Below, one piece after another: positions 29,773-34,515 of a stretch of 34,515 bases of DNA. A model generated the notes under the pieces. It did no database searches and was not told the DNA's origin. It saw only the letters and a program-made list of their open reading frames with translations. The position numbers and the translations under genes were made by a program. The DNA is from a virus: positions 1 to 34,515 of the IMG/VR virus record IMGVR_UViG_3300013936_000007; one strand, written 5' to 3'. Each line of letters begins with the position of its first letter. The first letter of the stretch is position 1.

Positions 29773-30957
29773 TTAATAGCTCGCCTCCCATGTCGATACC
29801 ACTGCCGCCTGAATCTGCTGGGTCACATAGGCCTGCGTGGCATATCCGCTCAGCTCGGTTTTGGTCGATGCGCTGATACTGGCCGAAGCCCTCTGCACGT
29901 CCCGCTTGCTGGCGGTGCGGTCAACCCGCCGGTGGTAGCTGGCAATCATTTGGTTGTACGTCTGCTTTGCATACCCAATGTCGATGCTGTCATACTGTTC
30001 ACGCAGCACATCATACGCAGTCTTAGTAACCTTTGCCGTGGCTGACACGCCGATCTGCTCAAAATATACCGTCACCGTATCGCAGATTGCAATCTGCTCA
30101 ATCTGTCCAATTTTGACAAATTCCACGGTCAGGCTGACCGTGGGCACGCCAATCTGGTTTGATGTCATGTAGGCCTGAGCCCTTGTGCGCAGCTGATCCT
30201 CAGTCGGCGCATTCTCCCATTCCGTACTGAGGTCAAGCGGTAAAATGCGCGTCACCGGGTACGTGCCCTCAGCGTTGATCACTTTTTCGGTCAGCTGTAC
30301 CAGCGTGCCATCAGTGCCTCGCCAATAGGGGTATACGCCGGTGTAGACGTTGGCGCACGACTGCTCCTGCTTGAGATCGGTCAGGTTTTTCCCGTACCGG
30401 ATCACAACGCCCCGGTCCTTCCCCCGCTCCTTGTGGAGGGTAACAGAAAAACGGTTAAACTCATACTCGCCTCCATACACGTCCAGGATCCCGCCCTCGC
30501 TACCTCCCAGTAGGCTCCAGATGGCAGTAGGCACATCCACGGTCATGGTAGCAACGGTTTCCTTGTCCGTGCTAAAGGTGTACGGACAAGTCACCGCAGC
30601 ATTGGCCGTCAGCTTCTGCATGGCCTCAGCAGCGGACGTAGATGTAAATGGCTTAACGGGTATCCCCATCAAACCGTAGGCAATGTGACGCGCGTAGACG
30701 GTCACAGTGCCCGACATTGGCTTGGAGATATCATAGATGCGAAACGGCTGGTTGCGGCTCAGCTCGTCCGGCTTCGACAGAATGATCCGTTGGAGTGTGA
30801 TATCGCTGTAATGGATCCCCTGTACTGGGTACTCCATTTCCAACTCGTAAGAGCCGTTCCGCTCCTGGGTCACGACGCACGTAATGGCGTCAGTCAGGAT
30901 CCCGAGGCCGTTGTCCGAGTACGAAGTCTCCGTCTCCGCGTAAAGTATTGGCTTCAT
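29773..30957 (-). CDS. tail-associated protein (Tal / prophage tail endopeptidase-family N-terminal domain)
   Basis: Start refined to the ATG at 30957 (ATGA overlap with the Dit stop). The N-terminus MKPILYAETETSYSDNGLGILTDAI...ERNGSYELEMEYP is typical of Tal. Confidence 0.75.
   Translation of the reverse strand: MKPILYAETETSYSDNGLGILTDAITCVVTQERNGSYELEMEYPVQGIHYSDITLQRIILSKPDELSRNQPFRIYDISKPMSGTVTVYARHIAYGLMGIPVKPFTSTSAAEAMQKLTANAAVTCPYTFSTDKETVATMTVDVPTAIWSLLGGSEGGILDVYGGEYEFNRFSVTLHKERGKDRGVVIRYGKNLTDLKQEQSCANVYTGVYPYWRGTDGTLVQLTEKVINAEGTYPVTRILPLDLSTEWENAPTEDQLRTRAQAYMTSNQIGVPTVSLTVEFVKIGQIEQIAICDTVTVYFEQIGVSATAKVTKTAYDVLREQYDSIDIGYAKQTYNQMIASYHRRVDRTASKRDVQRASASISASTKTELSGYATQAYVTQQIQAAVVSTWEASY
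30104..30118. repeat. dispersed palindrome copy 9 (degenerate): TGTCCAATTTTGACA
   Basis: Inside the Tal gene, in the second frame (F-V-K-I-G-Q). Confidence 0.7.
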
Positions 30958-31691
30958 AGATGCCACCACCTTGGTGTGATCTCCACTTTGGTGATATCTC
31001 CCGCCCAAAATATCGTGGTATCGCCGTGGGGAAGTGTCGGGAATTCAAGTGCCTGAATGTTTGCGTTCCAGTTGACGGTTGCGCCGCCCAAGCCGCTGAT
31101 CTTGTAAGCGTTTTGCGTCTCGCAATCCAGGATCAGCGGCGGTGTTGGCGTCAACCCCTTAATGCTGACAATCGTACCCCCGACATCCAAAAAACCGTTC
31201 CCGGAGCCATACACCCGGATAAGGGGCCGAGCTTCCATCCAGGCGTTTTGCAGCACGGTCCCGCTGGTGACTTCAAATGTCTCCTGTCCGGCATCGGTGT
31301 ACACCTGAGGCATACAGCCAAACTCCAAGGCAAAGGCGCGGATGCTGTCGGACAGGCACTCCACACCGGGGGCATTTGTCACATACGCCGTCCGGAATCC
31401 GTCCTCCCACGGAAAACGCAGCTGCCGGTATCCGTTTGTCCCCAGCAGCCACTGGGAGATGCCCGCCACCTTGTCCTGGACGTTATCTCCAATCACAAAG
31501 CACTCCGCCGAGAAGCCGACGTTTGTGAAGCTGCCCTCATAGTGCAAAAGATCCCCGCTCCGACCCGGAACGGAGATCTTGTCCACATTGGGCTGAGCGC
31601 CCCCGATTTTAATCGCGCTTTTGATATAGATGCCATGGGTGCGGCTGTCTACCCCATCATAAGTAAAATACTGCGTATTTTTTGCGGTCAT
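30954..31691 (-). CDS. distal tail protein (Dit)
   Basis: 245 aa directly after the tape measure (ATGA overlap). Contains FTYDGVDSRTHGIYI...ISVPGRSG. Confidence 0.7.
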   Translation of the reverse strand: MTAKNTQYFTYDGVDSRTHGIYIKSAIKIGGAQPNVDKISVPGRSGDLLHYEGSFTNVGFSAECFVIGDNVQDKVAGISQWLLGTNGYRQLRFPWEDGFRTAYVTNAPGVECLSDSIRAFALEFGCMPQVYTDAGQETFEVTSGTVLQNAWMEARPLIRVYGSGNGFLDVGGTIVSIKGLTPTPPLILDCETQNAYKISGLGGATVNWNANIQALEFPTLPHGDTTIFWAGDITKVEITPRWWHL

Positions 31692-34435
31692 AATGCCGCC
31701 TCCTGTCTCTCGTAATCTCGCTCCAGCAGCTCCATGATGGCTTCGGCCAGCTCCATCTTACTGCGGTAGTCGCTGCCGTTGACGTTGATGGTGACGCCGG
31801 TCATCCGTGCCAGCAGAGCAATCAGCCGATCCAGCTTGGCTTCCAGCGCCGAGGTGCTGCCGGACAACTCGCCGCCGACGGCCCCGCGGATCATACCCAT
31901 CAGGGTTTTGGCGCCGCTGACAACCTCATCACCGGCCTCGCCGCCGCCCAGAAGATTTCCACCGGCTGCGCCGAAGATGGTAGGGCTCCGCAACAGTATG
32001 GGCGTGGTCATGGCCTTTGCGTACCAGCTAATCCCAAATTTCGGGACGCTGGGGGGCGAAATTGAGAATTTGCCAGAGATGCTGATATGCGGCAATTTTA
32101 GACTTGGCAGGCTCCAAGTAAAATTAAATTTCGCCTTGATCGCCTCAATGGCGTTGTGTACCGCGTTTTTCGCAGCCTGAATTTTATCGGAGATCGTGGT
32201 CTTGATGCTGCTAAAAATACTGACCACCGTGGTTTTTGCGGCAGTCAGCGAAGTGGAGATGTTGGTTTTGATGGCAGTAAATTTATCCACAACACCTGCC
32301 TTGATGGTTGCGGCAGTGCTTGCGATGCTGCTGGACATTTCACTCCATTTGGAGGATGCGCTGGCCTTCATCGCCTCCCAGCTTGCAGCCACATTGTCTC
32401 GCAGTGTCGTTACGTACGGTCCCACCTTGCCCCAAAGTGCGCCGAAGGAATTCTGAAAAATCGCAGATACGCTGTCAAGAGACGTTGTGGCAGAGTCAAG
32501 CAACCCTTGGGCAAATCCGTCAAAATCCCCCTGAAACAGGGCCACAAAGGCGCCGAAGGTGTCGGAGATTGCCTTAAAGTTGTTAGAAAATACCGTCTTT
32601 ACATTTTCCCACACTGCGTTAAGCAGTGTGCCGCCTGTGGTGGCTTTGTCCACCAGCCAGCCAATCACATCAGCAATCCCGTTGATCGCTTCGCTGATCG
32701 CCAGCACCACGGATCCAAACAGATCCGCCGCCAGCTGCCAGGCGTTGGAGAATAGGCCACTGCCCTCTTCGCTGTCGCTGACAAAAAAATCAAACACAGC
32801 AACAATTCCGTCAATTACTGCGCTAATCCCAGCTCCAATGTTTGAGATTGCCGTTTTTAATGCACTCCAGGCAAAGTTGATCGTGGTGCCCTCCGTGGTA
32901 AACTGAGTTGCCAGCCAGCTCACGGTGTTGCCGATCGCGGAGATCGCGGTTTGGATAACACTCCATGCCGCGCTGACTGCGTTGGGAATTACGTTCCAAA
33001 CAGAATTTAGAATCGTGCCGTCTGTTGTGGTTTCCTCCACGACCCATGCAATGGCGTCAGCGATCCCGGTAATCACGCCGCTGATAATGGCAGCGGCAGC
33101 GGAAATCCCGGCTGCGATCCCGTTCCATACATCTGTCCAGGTAATACCGGCATCTGCCATGATTGCATTGACGGTATCGTGCACCGTGCCGAAGGCATCA
33201 CCGATACCCGTAAATATCGTCTGGCAGCCGTCCAGCAGCGACTGGAGCACGCCCATAATGCCGTTCGTTGTGGTCTCAGACAGGCCCAGCCCATTGGTGA
33301 GCACCGTCTGGATGGCATCCATGGCGGTCTGAATCAGTGCCGGGCCGCTGCTGATAATCGCCCCGGCGAACGCCGAGATCAGAGACACACCAGCCTCAAT
33401 CATGGCTGGGAGTACCGCCTGTACCAGTACGGGCATAGCCGCTGTGATGATGGGCGCCATTCGGGTGACCAGCTGCCCCGTACCTTCCAGGATCGTTTCC
33501 AACCGCGGCAGAATGTTGTAGGCGGCAGTTGCGGCGGACGATACGAAGTTATCCATCAACTGATCAAAGTCCTGAGTGTCATCCGCCACGCCAACCATCA
33601 GATTTGTCCAGGCCGCTTTCATTGCGCCCACAGAGCCCTGAATGGTGGTACTGGCCTCCTTGGCAGTGGTGCCGGTGATGCCCATCTCCGTCTGTACCAG
33701 ATGGATGGCTTCCACGATGTCTGCAAAGGACTTAATGGAGAGGTTCGCAGTCTCGCCGTTCGCTTTTTTGAGCTTATTGGCGTCCTTGATCAGCCGTTCC
33801 ATCTCCTCCTTGGTGCCGCCGTAACCTAGCTTCAAGTTATCCAACATGGTATAGTTTTGTTTGGCAAAACCTTGATAGGCATTTTGGATATCCTGCATAT
33901 TGGTGCCCATTTTGTTGGCATTGTCGGACATATCCACAAGTGCCTGGTTGGCATATTCGGCAGCCTTTCCGGTGTCGTTGTTCAGGCTCTGGAGCAGCGA
34001 TGCAGAAAAACTCGTAACAGTCTCCATGTAGTCGTTTGCGGACAATCCGGCGCTCTGGAACGCTTGATCTGCATACTGCATGACAGTACCAGCGGCATCG
34101 CCGAATAGCGTCTCAACGCCGCCCACCAGCTGCTCATAATCCGCATAGGCGTCCAGCGCTTTTTTCGAAAATGCAGCGATCCCCGCCGAAGCAGCGCCAA
34201 GCCCGGCAACTCCGGCTGTGGCAGCGGCCTTGAACGCCGTGCCCACAACCTTGGACGCTGACCCCATTGCGGTCTTCAGCCCTTTCACCAGCGCATTACC
34301 AGAGCTCTGACCGGCGCTTTTCCCCGCACTGGTTGCCTCGCTACCTAAGATGCTGCTCAGCTTGCCCTTAATGCCCTCAGCAGACGGGATAATTTGCACA
34401 TATGCCTTTGCGATACTGGATCCAGCCATCGTCAT
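31688..34435 (-). CDS. tape measure protein
   Basis: 915 aa, Ala/Gly/Ile-rich and helical, between the chaperone genes (across the circular junction) and Dit. Confidence 0.9.
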   Translation of the reverse strand: MTMAGSSIAKAYVQIIPSAEGIKGKLSSILGSEATSAGKSAGQSSGNALVKGLKTAMGSASKVVGTAFKAAATAGVAGLGAASAGIAAFSKKALDAYADYEQLVGGVETLFGDAAGTVMQYADQAFQSAGLSANDYMETVTSFSASLLQSLNNDTGKAAEYANQALVDMSDNANKMGTNMQDIQNAYQGFAKQNYTMLDNLKLGYGGTKEEMERLIKDANKLKKANGETANLSIKSFADIVEAIHLVQTEMGITGTTAKEASTTIQGSVGAMKAAWTNLMVGVADDTQDFDQLMDNFVSSAATAAYNILPRLETILEGTGQLVTRMAPIITAAMPVLVQAVLPAMIEAGVSLISAFAGAIISSGPALIQTAMDAIQTVLTNGLGLSETTTNGIMGVLQSLLDGCQTIFTGIGDAFGTVHDTVNAIMADAGITWTDVWNGIAAGISAAAAIISGVITGIADAIAWVVEETTTDGTILNSVWNVIPNAVSAAWSVIQTAISAIGNTVSWLATQFTTEGTTINFAWSALKTAISNIGAGISAVIDGIVAVFDFFVSDSEEGSGLFSNAWQLAADLFGSVVLAISEAINGIADVIGWLVDKATTGGTLLNAVWENVKTVFSNNFKAISDTFGAFVALFQGDFDGFAQGLLDSATTSLDSVSAIFQNSFGALWGKVGPYVTTLRDNVAASWEAMKASASSKWSEMSSSIASTAATIKAGVVDKFTAIKTNISTSLTAAKTTVVSIFSSIKTTISDKIQAAKNAVHNAIEAIKAKFNFTWSLPSLKLPHISISGKFSISPPSVPKFGISWYAKAMTTPILLRSPTIFGAAGGNLLGGGEAGDEVVSGAKTLMGMIRGAVGGELSGSTSALEAKLDRLIALLARMTGVTINVNGSDYRSKMELAEAIMELLERDYERQEAAL

Positions 34436-34438
34436 TCA

Positions 34439-34515
34439 CCTCCGGCCAGCCGCTTCCATGCGGCGTCGAATTCCTCCCCGCTCCCGTATGCAACGTTTCG
34501 GGGCTTTTCTTCCAC
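34439..34515. repeat. second copy of the 77-bp terminal direct repeat
   Basis: Exact match to 1..77. Confidence 0.95.

Larger units (their letters stand above)
1..34438. mobile_element. complete temperate siphovirus-type phage genome (circularly closed contig, unique length 34438 bp)
   Basis: Contiguous packaging, head, tail, lysis, lysogeny and replication modules. The window ends are an exact 77-bp direct repeat, so the tail chaperone ORF at 1..643 runs directly into the tape measure start at 34435. Confidence 0.85.

Overview
The window is a complete, circularly closed genome of a temperate siphovirus-type phage or prophage. Unique length is 34,438 bp, and the two ends are an exact 77-bp repeat. 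GC content is high and ribosome-binding sites are strong AGGAGG-type, which suggests a Clostridia-like Firmicute host (inference only). Almost all genes are on the minus strand. In transcription order they are: Cro-like regulator, early genes, replisome organizer, DnaB, ParA/ParB, small Cys-rich proteins, an HUH Rep-like protein, a late regulator, HNH, TerS, TerL, portal, a MuF-like head protein with a C-terminal nuclease-like toxin domain, scaffold, major capsid, connectors, major tail protein, and a G/GT tail chaperone with a -1 frameshift. The order then wraps to the tape measure, Dit, Tal, an NlpC/P60 tail protein, the fibre, a DGR, holin and a GH25 endolysin. The plus strand carries the lysogeny genes: a CI-like repressor followed by a TM-TerB-BRCT gene, an XRE regulator and a tyrosine integrase. 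Next to the integrase is an attP region containing the 3-prime 50 nt of a tRNA-Lys(UUU). The main findings are listed below.

1. A full diversity-generating retroelement (avd, TR, RT, then target) sits inside the tail-fibre module. Its TR/VR pair is 124 bp, and 18 of the 19 mismatches fall on template adenines.
2. A 15-bp palindrome, TGTCCA-ATT-TGGACA, occurs in nine copies (four perfect) around the genome. Copies lie in two reading frames and in intergenic DNA, and two lie inside parB. It may be a parS-like or stoperator-like site set.
3. An AT-rich lysogeny island carries a membrane-anchored TerB-like/BRCT protein co-oriented with the repressor, plus hicAB.
4. Several orphan plus-strand promoters face into the minus-strand operons.

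All product calls come from motif recognition by eye; no database search was possible.
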